Source: Candidatus Actinomarinales bacterium (GTDB lineage Bacteria; Actinomycetota; Acidimicrobiia; Actinomarinales; Actinomarinaceae). From it: a stretch of 54,832 nt of DNA. The stretch's first letter is position 1. Each line of letters begins with the position of its first letter. The translations under genes were made by a program, and so were the position numbers. Positions 41,416 through 51,303 of the stretch are shown here, in pieces. The DNA lies in assembly GCA_004213405.1 (NCBI GenBank), contig SGYR01000004.1, positions 1 through 54,832 on the forward strand, written 5' to 3'. The notes below the pieces were generated by a model. The model did not search any database, was not told the DNA's origin, and saw only the letters and a list, made by a program, of their open reading frames with translations.

Positions 41416-42851
41416 GATGATGCCTTTAAATATGAGAGAAGGCCGTGTCTTCCGCCTTCTCTTCCAAATCCTGATTCTTTATATCCCCCAAATGGAGACG
41501 AAGGATCAAACTTGTTGAATGTATTCGCCCAAACAACACCAGCATCGAGCCTATCTGCGGTCCACAATATTTTTGATCCCTTTTCAGTCCACACTCCAGC
41601 TGATAAACCATATTCAGTATTGTTAGCTATTTCAACAGCTTCTTCTGGAGTCCTAAAAGTTAAAGTAGTTAATACTGGGCCAAATATCTCTTCTCTTGCA
41701 ATTGAGTAGGAAGGTTGAACATTTGTAAACAGACTAGGCCTAAACCAGAATCCATTACCTGGCAATTCACATTGAGTTTGAAACAACTCGCCACCATCTT
41801 CTACTCCTTCATTAACTAAACTTGTAATTTTATCTAACTGTTCCTTTGAGTTTATTGCTCCTATGTCAGTGTTTTTATCTAATGGATTTCCAACTCTTAG
41901 TGATTGCATTCTTTTCTCTAATTTTTTAACAAATTGATCGTGTATTGACTCTTGAAGAAGCAGCCTACTTCCAGCACAGCAGACATGACCTTGATTAAAG
42001 AATATACCATTTACTACTCCCTCAACAGCTTGATCGATTGCAGCATCCTCGTAGACAATATTTGCAGCTTTGCCACCTAATTCAAGAGTAAGCCCAACAT
42101 CTCTACCAGCGAGTGATTTCTGTATAAGTTTTCCAACTTGAGTAGATCCAGTAAAAGCAATTTTATTTATATCTTTGTGATTAACTATAAGTGAACCTGT
42201 TGACCCATCTCCTGTAATTATGTTGACAACTCCAGGAGGAAGGCCTGCTTGTTCACAGATTTCAGCGAAAAGTAAGGCGGTTAGTGGAGTGGTTTCTGCA
42301 GGCTTTAACACAACTGTATTTCCAGTAGCTAAAGCAGGTGCAATTTTCCAAGCAAGCATTAATAATGGAAAGTTCCAAGGTATTATTTGACCTACTACCC
42401 CGTATGGTTTCAAGCTTTTTGTTGCCCACGAAAGATCTAATTTGTCTGCCCATCCAGCAAAATAGAAAAAATTAGCTGCAACCTGTGGTAAATCAAAATC
42501 TCTAGACTCCTTGATTGGCTTTCCACCATCAAGAGATTCTAAAACCGCAAATTCTCTTGATCTTTCTTGAATTAACCTAGCTATTTTAAATAGATAACGT
42601 GAGCGTTGATTTGGTGTTAGTTTAGACCAAACTTCCAATCCTACTTTTGCGGACTTTACAGCACTATTAATGTCTTGTTCATTTGATAACGGGACTTTTG
42701 ATAACAATTCTTCAGTTGAAGGTGAAATGGTATTTATATATTTTTTACTCTTTGGTTCTACAAATTTACCACCAATATAATTTGAATACTTTTTTTTAAT
42801 AGACACTATATCTGGTGATTCTATAGATTCTGAGTATTGCCAATCAACCAT
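41412..42851 (-). CDS. NAD-dependent aldehyde dehydrogenase
   Basis: IPWNFPL, LKPAE, FTGSTQVG, LELGGK, FFNQGHVCCAG, EEIFGP and FGGYKESGFGRE. Confidence 0.95.
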   Translation of the reverse strand: MVDWQYSESIESPDIVSIKKKYSNYIGGKFVEPKSKKYINTISPSTEELLSKVPLSNEQDINSAVKSAKVGLEVWSKLTPNQRSRYLFKIARLIQERSREFAVLESLDGGKPIKESRDFDLPQVAANFFYFAGWADKLDLSWATKSLKPYGVVGQIIPWNFPLLMLAWKIAPALATGNTVVLKPAETTPLTALLFAEICEQAGLPPGVVNIITGDGSTGSLIVNHKDINKIAFTGSTQVGKLIQKSLAGRDVGLTLELGGKAANIVYEDAAIDQAVEGVVNGIFFNQGHVCCAGSRLLLQESIHDQFVKKLEKRMQSLRVGNPLDKNTDIGAINSKEQLDKITSLVNEGVEDGGELFQTQCELPGNGFWFRPSLFTNVQPSYSIAREEIFGPVLTTLTFRTPEEAVEIANNTEYGLSAGVWTEKGSKILWTADRLDAGVVWANTFNKFDPSSPFGGYKESGFGREGGRHGLLSYLKASS

Positions 42852-42857
42852 CTTAAA

Positions 42858-43796
42858 TCATCCCCTTGGAAAATAATAGCCAGCTTGATAGGCCCCTGTT
42901 TTTAGTTTTTTTATTTGTTTTAATACATCATCTAGAAGGCTTGATGCCCCAAATCTAAATAACTCTGGATTCAACCAATCAGATCCCATTTCTTCATTTA
43001 TCATTACTAAATATCGAATAGCATCTTTGGCATCTCTAATGCCTCCAGCTACTTTGATACCAGCCTTTACTCCTGTCATAGATTCAAAATCTAATACTGA
43101 CTTAAGCATTACATAACAAGCTTGTCTTGAAGAGCCGATAGACAATTTACCAGTTGATGTTTTTATAAAATCGGAACCAGCAGCTAATGAAATAAGACTA
43201 GCTTTTCTTATGTTTTCATAAGTTTTCAAATCACCTACTTCAAGTATTGTTTTTAAGTGAACATCTTGGCACACCTCTTTTAACGCAACTATTTCGTCAT
43301 ATACTTTTCTATAGTCACCCTCAAGAAAAGCTTTTCTATTAATTACAATATCTATTTCATCTGCTCCAGAATCAATTGCATATTTTGTGTCTAGTAATTT
43401 TGACTCCATAGGCACTTGACCACTTGGAAAATATGAAGATACTGCGGCAACTTTAACATTAGAGTTTTGTACTTTCTCTTTAGCGATAGCAACTAGCGAA
43501 GGATAAACACATACTGCAGCAACACTTGGTACTGAGGTGTCTAAAGGGTTAGGTTTAATTGCTTTTGCAACCATTTGAGATATCTTACCTTCAGTATCTT
43601 CGCCTTCAAGAGTTGTTAGGTCGCACATTGTAACAATCATATTTAGTGCTTCTAATTTTGAATCTTTTTTTATACTTCTTGTTGCTAGTGAGTTTACTCT
43701 TTCATTTAATCCAACGGAATCAATACGTGATTCGTATACCATTTCCAAAACATTGGACCACTGCATTGAAAGATCAGATGTTTTTATATTTCCCAT
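42858..43796 (-). CDS. deoC: Deoxyribose-phosphate aldolase (long actinobacterial form)
   Basis: DLTTLEG, AAVCVYP, GADEIDIVI, LKTILE, FIKTSTGK, KVAGGIR and RFGASSLL. Confidence 0.95.
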   Translation of the reverse strand: MGNIKTSDLSMQWSNVLEMVYESRIDSVGLNERVNSLATRSIKKDSKLEALNMIVTMCDLTTLEGEDTEGKISQMVAKAIKPNPLDTSVPSVAAVCVYPSLVAIAKEKVQNSNVKVAAVSSYFPSGQVPMESKLLDTKYAIDSGADEIDIVINRKAFLEGDYRKVYDEIVALKEVCQDVHLKTILEVGDLKTYENIRKASLISLAAGSDFIKTSTGKLSIGSSRQACYVMLKSVLDFESMTGVKAGIKVAGGIRDAKDAIRYLVMINEEMGSDWLNPELFRFGASSLLDDVLKQIKKLKTGAYQAGYYFPRG

Positions 43797-43837
43797 AATT
43801 TTATGCTAAATGATTATATTTTTTTTAGTAGTACTAA

Positions 43838-46800
43838 TTAATCTAACGCCTTGACACTTTCTGGCTTTAATTGAACAGAGTCTTTTTCCACCTCTGCAAT
43901 GCCGCCGAATACAGCAAACATATTTTCCCAATTATCGAATTTATCTAAAATCTTTTTAGCTGTTTCAGAGTTTGTTTTTTCGATATGAATTTCTAACAAT
44001 GTTTTTAGTTCTAATTTGTCTATGTCAGACATTGTCTTATATTCTGGTGCTGTTTCTGAGATGTATTCTTCAAAGTTCTTTTGTGTTTTTAGGACGATTG
44101 CTTTACCTCCTGTCATTCCAGCAGCAAAATTAAATCCTATGTTTCCAAGAATGACTAAGGTGCCTCCTGTCATGTATTCTGCACCATGAGCACTGCAGCC
44201 TTCAACAACTCCAATTGCGCCACTGTTCCTTACTCCAAATCTTTGACCTACTGTGCCAGCGATAAAAAGTTGTCCTCCCGTAGCACCGTATAGAATTGTA
44301 TTCCCAGCAGCATGATATGCTCCTTGCATTTTTCTTCCTTGTGGAATAATCGTAACGCTTCCACCCCCCATGCCTTTTGCAACATAATCATTGGCATTAC
44401 CAGTTAATTTCAAATTAATACCATCTCTAATGAATGCTCCAAAGCTTTGTCCAGCTGCGCCAGATAAACTTATTGTTGTTGGGTTCTCTGCAAGTTTTGA
44501 AGATAACTTTCTTAATGTAACTTCTCCAGATAATCTAGCACCAATACTTCTATCTTCATTTGAAATAGGATATTGAAGGAATGATTTCTCTCCTCTCTCT
44601 ACAGATCTAATAACTTCAGAAGTAATTCTTCTTGATAAACGACCTTCACTATGCCTGATAAAACCTGGATGTTTTTCTTCTATCGAAAAGTTCATCAATA
44701 TTTTATGAAGGCTTTTAGATAAATCGCTATTTGAAATCTTTAATCCTAAAAGATCTGCTCTACCTAGTAAATCTTCAATATCGCTTACACCAAATTTATC
44801 TAGATACGCCATTACATCATTAGCTATGAATTTAAATAATTGTACAACTTGCTCAGGAGCACCTGGAAATTTAGCTCTTAGATTTTCATCTTGGGTTGCT
44901 ATACCTACAGGGCAGGTATTTTCATGACACTGTCTGACCATTTTGCACCCAAGAGCTAACAAAGGCAGTGTTCCAAATCCAAATCGATCCGCACCCAATA
45001 TAGTTCCGATTATTACATCTTTTGCTGACCTTAGACCACCATCTACTTCAATCAAAACTTTATGTCGCATGTTGTTTTTTACTAGAGCTTGGTGAGTTTC
45101 GCTAAGGCCAAGTTCCCATGGAGATCCAGCGTGCTTAATACTTATCCATGGACTTGCTCCGGTTCCTCCATCACTACCAGCAATTGTAATAATATCCGCA
45201 CCAGCTTTTGCTACTCCTACAGCAATTGTTCCAACTCCTGGCTCTGATACAAGTTTTACCGAAACAGGGTTATCTGGATTGAATGTTTTTAAGTCATAAA
45301 TTAATTGCGCTAAATCTTCAATAGAATATATATCGTGATGTGGAGGCGGAGAAATTAAGGTAACACCTTCAACAGTATGTCGTAATTTTGCAATGTGTTT
45401 ATCTACTTTAAAACCAGGTAGCTGACCCCCTTCACCAGGCTTTGAACCTTGAGCCATTTTAATTTGAAATTCTTCAGCCGAGGCAAGATAGTCAGGAGTA
45501 ACTCCAAACCTTCCGGAAGCAATCTGCTTTATCTTTGAATTCTTTTCGTTATCAAATCTCGCCGGATCCTCTCCACCTTCACCTGAACCTGATTTTCCAC
45601 CAATTTGATTTATTGCAATAGCCAAAGCTTGATGTGCTTCTTCAGAAAGTGCTCCAAGCGACATTGAGCTAACAGTAAATTTCTTATATAAGTCTTTTAA
45701 AGAGTCGTCTTCTAGAACTACATTGTTGTTAGTAGTTTCTGGAAGTGAAAATAAATCTCTTAATTGTACATCATCTCTATCTTCTAGTGTTTCAAGATAG
45801 CTATGCCAGTCTGACAATTCACCAGATCTCACAGCCTTTTGAAGTTTTAATACAGTTTTTGGAGAAGTTACGTGTGTTTCTGCATCTTTTTTGTGCTTAT
45901 AGAAACCACCAATTCCATTAAGAATTTCTGCACGTTCTTCCTGTTGGTATATTCTTAAATTTTTGTTGAAGTGTTCAAACCCATAACCTTCAGTTCTTGT
46001 TTTTGAAAATTTAAACACATTATTAATAATCTCACTATTGAGTCCGATAATTTCAAATAACTCCGAACCTCGATATGACGATATTGTACATATACCCATT
46101 TTTGACATAATTTTTAACAAACCTTTATTCAAAGACTTTCGGTAATTTTCTTGAGCTTGTTCAATAGAAATATTTAGAGTTTCATTTTGAATAGATAATT
46201 CTCGCACTTTCTCTAAAGCTAAATATGGCCAAACAGCAGAGGCCCCATAAGAAATATGACAAGCAACATCGTGAGAATCCCTTATTTCTCCAGAAACTGA
46301 AATTAAAGAGGCTTTAAGTCTTATTCCAGCGTCAATTAAATAGTGGTGTACTTTACCAATAACCATCAATGACGGTACCACAGACTCTCCTGGTTTTATC
46401 CCTCTATCTGAAAATATAATTACTGATTTATTATTCTCTAAAATCTCTGATTTAACTTTTTCACAAATATCATCTAATGATTCTTCTAATGTCTTATTCT
46501 CTTTTATAAATGTCGTAGAAATAACAATTGTCTTATTTTTAAGGCTTTTATTTTCAGTTAAAGAGTCAACTGAAGCACCACTTAATATTGGAGAATCCAA
46601 GGATATTAGATTCGCTTGCTGAGCTGTTTCTTTTAAAATAGATCCTCTCTTACCAAGATATGTTTTTGTAGACATAACAAATCTTTCGCGAATTGGATCA
46701 ATTGGAGGATTTGTAACTTGCGCGAATAATTGATGAAAATACCTTGATAATCTCGGACTGTTTTTACTCATGACTGCCAAGGAAGTATCATTTCCCATTG

Positions 46801-48223
46801 ACCCAGTAGGTATTTCCCCTTTTAGCATAGGTAATAGAATTAACCTTTCTTCCTCTGGTGTGTATTCATAAAAATCTGAGAGACTCTCTACGTCTATTGC
46901 ATTATCTTTTTCCTCATTAAAAGTTTGATCAACTTCAAGTGGTTTTGAGTTCACCCATTCTATATATGGGTTTTTCTCACTAAGCTTTGTAATTACCTGG
47001 CTTTCATCGAGTAGCTCATCATTTTCAATTCTATACCTAATAGTTTGTCCAGGCTCTAATTGGGCTGTTTTATAAGCACCAGCTTCAACTGATGGACAGA
47101 TACCAACTTCTGATGCTGCCAAAACGTATCTATCTGAAACCATCCAACGCATAGGTCTTAATCCACTTCTATCTAAACCAGCAATAATATCTCTACCATC
47201 TGAAGCAACAATTGCTGCAGGCCCATCCCATGGTTCAGTTAAAAATGAATGGTATTGATAGAATGCCTTCTGTTTTTTGGTAAATCGTGGATTGTTTTCC
47301 CACGCTGAAGGGATAAGCATTTCTTGAGAGTGGGCGAGAGTTCTACCAGATCTAACCAATAACTCAATTGCATTGTCGAGTTGTCCTGAGTCAGAAATAG
47401 ATTCATCTATAAAAGGTTTAATTTTCTGAATATCATCTTTCCAATAAGATGATGTAGCATCAACTTCCCTAGCTTTCATCCAGGAATAGTTAGATTGAAT
47501 AGTATTGATTTCGCCATTATGAGCTAGCATTCTAAATGGTTGAGCTTTATCCCAAGTTGAAGATGTGTTTGTAGAAAATCTTTGATGAAAAATACCAAAT
47601 CTTGTTTTATAAAGGGGATTTCTTAAGTCCCAATAAAAATCTGCAGTTTGCTTTGCGGTAAACAGTCCTTTATAAACTACTGTCTTTGAGGAACAAGAGT
47701 TTATATGAATATTTAGGAAATCTATTTCAGCAATTTTTCGTTCTAAAGTTTTTCTAAATAAATAAAGCTTCTTTTCAAAATCTTTAGGAGATTCATTTTC
47801 CGCACTTACAATTCCTTGATAAATTGATGGCTTTGATTCTCTAGCAAGGTTTCCTAGAATTTGTTTGTCTGTTGGTACTTTTCGCCAATATAAATGTTTA
47901 ATGTTATATTCTTTAAGTTCATTATTTATTAACTCGATTGAGTCATCTATGTTCTTTGGATCAAAAAAACAAGATATAATTCCAATTTTTTTATTTGTAT
48001 CATGTTCTATATTTAATTCAGCTAACTCTGCTCTGATAAGTTCAAATGGAATTTCTGTAAGTACGCCAGCTCCGTCTCCTGTTCCATCAGCAAATTTTGC
48101 ACCTCTATGGTCTAAATTAGCAAGGCACTCTAGAACTTTTAGGGTCATTCCATGTGTTGGGGGAATATTTCTTGAGGCAATAAAGCCTACTCCACATGAA
48201 TCTTTTTCTGAAAAGTCGAACAT
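43838..48223 (-). CDS. gltB: Glutamate synthase large subunit
   Basis: DSCGVGF (N-terminal Cys), HQRFSTNT, HNGEINT, QVTNPPIDP, KMAQGSKPGEGGQLP, the [3Fe-4S] motif CKMVRQCHENTC and GXGXG repeats. Start re-called at ATG 48223. Confidence 0.96.
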   Translation of the reverse strand: MFDFSEKDSCGVGFIASRNIPPTHGMTLKVLECLANLDHRGAKFADGTGDGAGVLTEIPFELIRAELAELNIEHDTNKKIGIISCFFDPKNIDDSIELINNELKEYNIKHLYWRKVPTDKQILGNLARESKPSIYQGIVSAENESPKDFEKKLYLFRKTLERKIAEIDFLNIHINSCSSKTVVYKGLFTAKQTADFYWDLRNPLYKTRFGIFHQRFSTNTSSTWDKAQPFRMLAHNGEINTIQSNYSWMKAREVDATSSYWKDDIQKIKPFIDESISDSGQLDNAIELLVRSGRTLAHSQEMLIPSAWENNPRFTKKQKAFYQYHSFLTEPWDGPAAIVASDGRDIIAGLDRSGLRPMRWMVSDRYVLAASEVGICPSVEAGAYKTAQLEPGQTIRYRIENDELLDESQVITKLSEKNPYIEWVNSKPLEVDQTFNEEKDNAIDVESLSDFYEYTPEEERLILLPMLKGEIPTGSMGNDTSLAVMSKNSPRLSRYFHQLFAQVTNPPIDPIRERFVMSTKTYLGKRGSILKETAQQANLISLDSPILSGASVDSLTENKSLKNKTIVISTTFIKENKTLEESLDDICEKVKSEILENNKSVIIFSDRGIKPGESVVPSLMVIGKVHHYLIDAGIRLKASLISVSGEIRDSHDVACHISYGASAVWPYLALEKVRELSIQNETLNISIEQAQENYRKSLNKGLLKIMSKMGICTISSYRGSELFEIIGLNSEIINNVFKFSKTRTEGYGFEHFNKNLRIYQQEERAEILNGIGGFYKHKKDAETHVTSPKTVLKLQKAVRSGELSDWHSYLETLEDRDDVQLRDLFSLPETTNNNVVLEDDSLKDLYKKFTVSSMSLGALSEEAHQALAIAINQIGGKSGSGEGGEDPARFDNEKNSKIKQIASGRFGVTPDYLASAEEFQIKMAQGSKPGEGGQLPGFKVDKHIAKLRHTVEGVTLISPPPHHDIYSIEDLAQLIYDLKTFNPDNPVSVKLVSEPGVGTIAVGVAKAGADIITIAGSDGGTGASPWISIKHAGSPWELGLSETHQALVKNNMRHKVLIEVDGGLRSAKDVIIGTILGADRFGFGTLPLLALGCKMVRQCHENTCPVGIATQDENLRAKFPGAPEQVVQLFKFIANDVMAYLDKFGVSDIEDLLGRADLLGLKISNSDLSKSLHKILMNFSIEEKHPGFIRHSEGRLSRRITSEVIRSVERGEKSFLQYPISNEDRSIGARLSGEVTLRKLSSKLAENPTTISLSGAAGQSFGAFIRDGINLKLTGNANDYVAKGMGGGSVTIIPQGRKMQGAYHAAGNTILYGATGGQLFIAGTVGQRFGVRNSGAIGVVEGCSAHGAEYMTGGTLVILGNIGFNFAAGMTGGKAIVLKTQKNFEEYISETAPEYKTMSDIDKLELKTLLEIHIEKTNSETAKKILDKFDNWENMFAVFGGIAEVEKDSVQLKPESVKALD

Positions 48224-48263
48224 AGTCCCCCAATAATACTTCAAAACTTAACAATTTAAAAGA

Positions 48264-48323
48264 TGAAAATCAGCCCAATCGTTCAAAAAGGGGGAAACCT
48301 AAATGAGTTGTGGCTGATTTTCA
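48264..48323. other. Intergenic long inverted repeat / structured element between amt and gltB
   Basis: Perfect 12-bp arms TGAAAATCAGCC/GGCTGATTTTCA around 36 nt that can pair further (CAA/TTG, TCA/TGA, GG-GAAA-CC). Confidence 0.6.
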
Positions 48324-48330
48324 AATATAT

Positions 48331-49533
48331 TTACTTTTTGAGAATAAAATCTCCGTATGCAGAAGTTCCATGTTCAGAAGCATCTAAACCTGCAATCTCC
48401 TCTTCTGGGGTTACTCTCAAACCTACAATGGAATCTATTGCTTTTAACACGCCATAAGAGGTAATAAAAGCCCATCCTCCTATCGCAGCAATTCCAATTA
48501 ATTGTGGAACAAAAAGTGATGTCCCACCATAAATTAATCCATCTGTAGTATCAAAAATTGCTACTGCAAGAACTCCCCATGCTCCACAAATGCCGTGTAC
48601 AGATATTGCACCTACAGCGTCATCGAGTCCTTTTTTCTCAATAAAGTTAATTGAATAAACTACTAACACTCCAGATGCTAAACCTATTAGGACTGCTCCA
48701 AGATTATTAACATTGGCACATCCAGCTGTGATTCCAACTAATCCTGCTAAAGCACCATTGAGTGTCATACTTACATCTGGTTTTCCAGAAATCATTGAAG
48801 TATACATTGCAGCAATAGAAGCAGCACCAGCTGATAAGGTTGTAGTCACTGCAATAGCAGCAAGGTCAACATCAATAGCAGCTAAAGCTGATCCGACATT
48901 AAACCCGTACCATCCAAACCATAAGATAAATACACCTAATGCACCTGCAACCATAGAGCTTCCTGGTAGAGGTAACGGTGTTCCGTTATCATCATATTTA
49001 CCTATACGAGGACCTACAATCATTACTCCAGCTAGGGCAGCAAATCCACCTACCATGTGAACAACGCCTGAACCTGCAAAGTCAATGAAGCCTAAGTCGC
49101 CAAGCCAACCTTGTCCACTCCATACCCAGTGTGTAACTATTGGATAAATTACACCACAAATAAATGGTTGGAATAAAAGATAAGCACTAAATTTTGTTCT
49201 TTCAGCTACTGCACCTGAAACAATAGTTGCAGCTGTAGCTGCAAAAACTACTTGGAAGAAATAGGTACTAGCTTGACCTTCAAGAAAGAAATCTCCATAT
49301 GCAATGAAGCCTCCTAGGGTTGTACCTCCATACGCAAAAGCAAAACCAAATGCCCAGTACGTAATTGCACCAACTGAAAAATCCATAAAGTTTTTCATAA
49401 CAATGTTTACTGAGTTTTTAGATCTTGTGAAGCCTGTCTCAACTAACATGAAGCCAGGTTGCATAAACATAACCAAAATACCGGCTATGAGAACCCACAG
49501 ACTGTCTACTGAATTTATAATCATTGATTCCAT
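48331..49533 (-). CDS. amt: Ammonium transporter
   Basis: MQPGFMLVETG, SGAVAER, DFAGSGVVH, WFGWYGFN, NGALAGLVGIT, DDAVGAISVHG and EEIAGLDASEHG. Confidence 0.96.
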   Translation of the reverse strand: MESMIINSVDSLWVLIAGILVMFMQPGFMLVETGFTRSKNSVNIVMKNFMDFSVGAITYWAFGFAFAYGGTTLGGFIAYGDFFLEGQASTYFFQVVFAATAATIVSGAVAERTKFSAYLLFQPFICGVIYPIVTHWVWSGQGWLGDLGFIDFAGSGVVHMVGGFAALAGVMIVGPRIGKYDDNGTPLPLPGSSMVAGALGVFILWFGWYGFNVGSALAAIDVDLAAIAVTTTLSAGAASIAAMYTSMISGKPDVSMTLNGALAGLVGITAGCANVNNLGAVLIGLASGVLVVYSINFIEKKGLDDAVGAISVHGICGAWGVLAVAIFDTTDGLIYGGTSLFVPQLIGIAAIGGWAFITSYGVLKAIDSIVGLRVTPEEEIAGLDASEHGTSAYGDFILKK

Positions 49534-49583
49534 ATATCTCCTTCTTTCAAAAACTCAATTTAATATCGGGACATAGTTAATAG

Positions 49584-49632
49584 TTAACAAAAAAGTTAAA
49601 TGATTATTACTGAAATGTTTCTTATATGTTTC
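49584..49632 (-). promoter_or_regulatory. GlnR-box-like pentamer array upstream of amt
   Basis: The minus strand reads GAAAC-n6-GAAAC-n6-GTAAT-n6-TTAAC-n6-GTTAA (11-bp period). Confidence 0.45.
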
Positions 49633-49686
49633 GAAAATTGAAATTATTTTCAAATGAATGATCCTAAAAAAGGCTATTCTTATTGC

Positions 49687-51303
49687 ATGTCCAAAAATAT
49701 TTTAGTTTCTGTAGCTTGGCCATATGCAAGCGGATCCAGACATTTAGGTCATATTGGTGGTGCGTACTTGCCTGCAGATATTTTTGCGAGATACAACAGA
49801 ATGATAGGTAATAATGTAATCATGGTATCTGGTAGTGATGTCCATGGAACGCCCATAACAGTTAGAGCTGATGATGAAGGTGTAGAACCAATTGAAATAG
49901 TAAAAAGATACCATGCTGAATTTCTAAGCTATTGGGAAAAACTAAATATTCAATGGGACAATTACACAACAACTATGACCGATAACCACAAAGAGGTCAC
50001 TCAAGAAATGTTTTTAAAAATTAAAGAAAATGGATTCATTGAAAAAAATAAAAGTATTCAAGCATTTGATCCAAAAGAAAATAAGTTTCTACCAGATAGA
50101 TATGTTGAAGGTGAATGCCCAAAATGTAATTACCTTGAAGCTAGAGGTGACCAATGCGATAGTTGTGGAATAACATTAGATCCAGAAGAATTAATCAATC
50201 CAAAAAGTAAAATTAATGGAAATCCTGCAGAATTTAAGGAAACAGAACATTATTTCTTAAAATTAAGTGCTTTAAACGACAAACTCGCAGATTGGCTTAA
50301 TACTAAAAAAGGTTGGAGACCACATGTTATTAACTTTTCAAAATCTTTTGTTGATGAAGGCTTGCAGGATAGGGCAATTACCAGGGATTTAGATTGGGGT
50401 ATAGAGATACCAGATAATGAACTTGGAGATGGAAAAAAGATTTATGTATGGTTTGAAGCTGTAATAGGTTACTTATCTGCTTCGAAAGAGTGGGCAATTA
50501 ACAATGGCACCCCAGAGGCTTGGAAAGATTTCTGGCTAGATAAAAATGCAGAGTCTTATTATTTTGTTGGCAAAGATAATGTACCTTTTCATGCAATAAT
50601 TTGGCCAGCAATGCTTTTTGCTTATGGGGATTTAAACTTACCTACTAATGTTCCAGCAAATCAATACATTTTAATAAAAGGAGAAAAGGCATCTGCTAGT
50701 AGAGGCGTTGGGAAAACCCTCAATGATTATCTTGATGAATGGAATCCTGATTCGTTAAGATATTCTCTTGCAAGTATTCTCCCAGAACAGAATGATTCAG
50801 AGATTTCTGAAGACGAAATGATAAGAAGAAATAACGAAGAACTTGTGGCAGCATGGGGAAATCTTGTTCAAAGAGTCTTTTCACAGTACATAAATAATTT
50901 TGATGATCTAGACACAACTTTTGAGTATGAAAAAATAGATGAAGACCTTTTGGAAGGTGCAAAAAACTGTTTTATAACAACAGGTGAAATGATTGAAAAA
51001 GTAGAACTTAAATCTTCACTTCAAAATGTCATGGCATATGTGAATTCTATCAATGCTTATTTAAATGAGACAGAACCGTGGAAAGTTATAAAAAAAGATA
51101 AAAAAAGAGCCAGTGCAATCTTGCATTGCGCAATTACATCTATTGATGCTTGTGCAACTATGTTTACCCCTTTTATGCCTACAACTTCAAAAATAGTTAG
51201 TGATGCTATTCAAAAGGAAAACCAAAATAGTTGGGGAATAAATGAAATAAAAAAAGGTGCCCCTTTAAAAAATATAGGACACCTTTTCAAAAAATTTGAT
51301 TAG
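49687..51303 (+). CDS. metG: Methionine--tRNA ligase (no C-terminal tRNA-binding appendix)
   Basis: AWPYASGSRHLGH, CPKC..CDSC knuckle, YVWFEA, GKDNVPFH and KASAS. Start re-called at ATG 49687. Confidence 0.95.
   Translation: MSKNILVSVAWPYASGSRHLGHIGGAYLPADIFARYNRMIGNNVIMVSGSDVHGTPITVRADDEGVEPIEIVKRYHAEFLSYWEKLNIQWDNYTTTMTDNHKEVTQEMFLKIKENGFIEKNKSIQAFDPKENKFLPDRYVEGECPKCNYLEARGDQCDSCGITLDPEELINPKSKINGNPAEFKETEHYFLKLSALNDKLADWLNTKKGWRPHVINFSKSFVDEGLQDRAITRDLDWGIEIPDNELGDGKKIYVWFEAVIGYLSASKEWAINNGTPEAWKDFWLDKNAESYYFVGKDNVPFHAIIWPAMLFAYGDLNLPTNVPANQYILIKGEKASASRGVGKTLNDYLDEWNPDSLRYSLASILPEQNDSEISEDEMIRRNNEELVAAWGNLVQRVFSQYINNFDDLDTTFEYEKIDEDLLEGAKNCFITTGEMIEKVELKSSLQNVMAYVNSINAYLNETEPWKVIKKDKKRASAILHCAITSIDACATMFTPFMPTTSKIVSDAIQKENQNSWGINEIKKGAPLKNIGHLFKKFD

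Noticed and set aside
48264-48323. SRP RNA, 6S RNA or glnA glutamine riboswitch
   Set aside because: Lacks the SRP CAGG/AGCA internal loop and is too short for 6S. ATCGTTCA is on the non-coding strand and the GGAAGT E-loop core is missing.
48263-48457. 64-aa plus-strand ORF
   Set aside because: Runs through the inverted repeat and antisense into amt; no coding signal.
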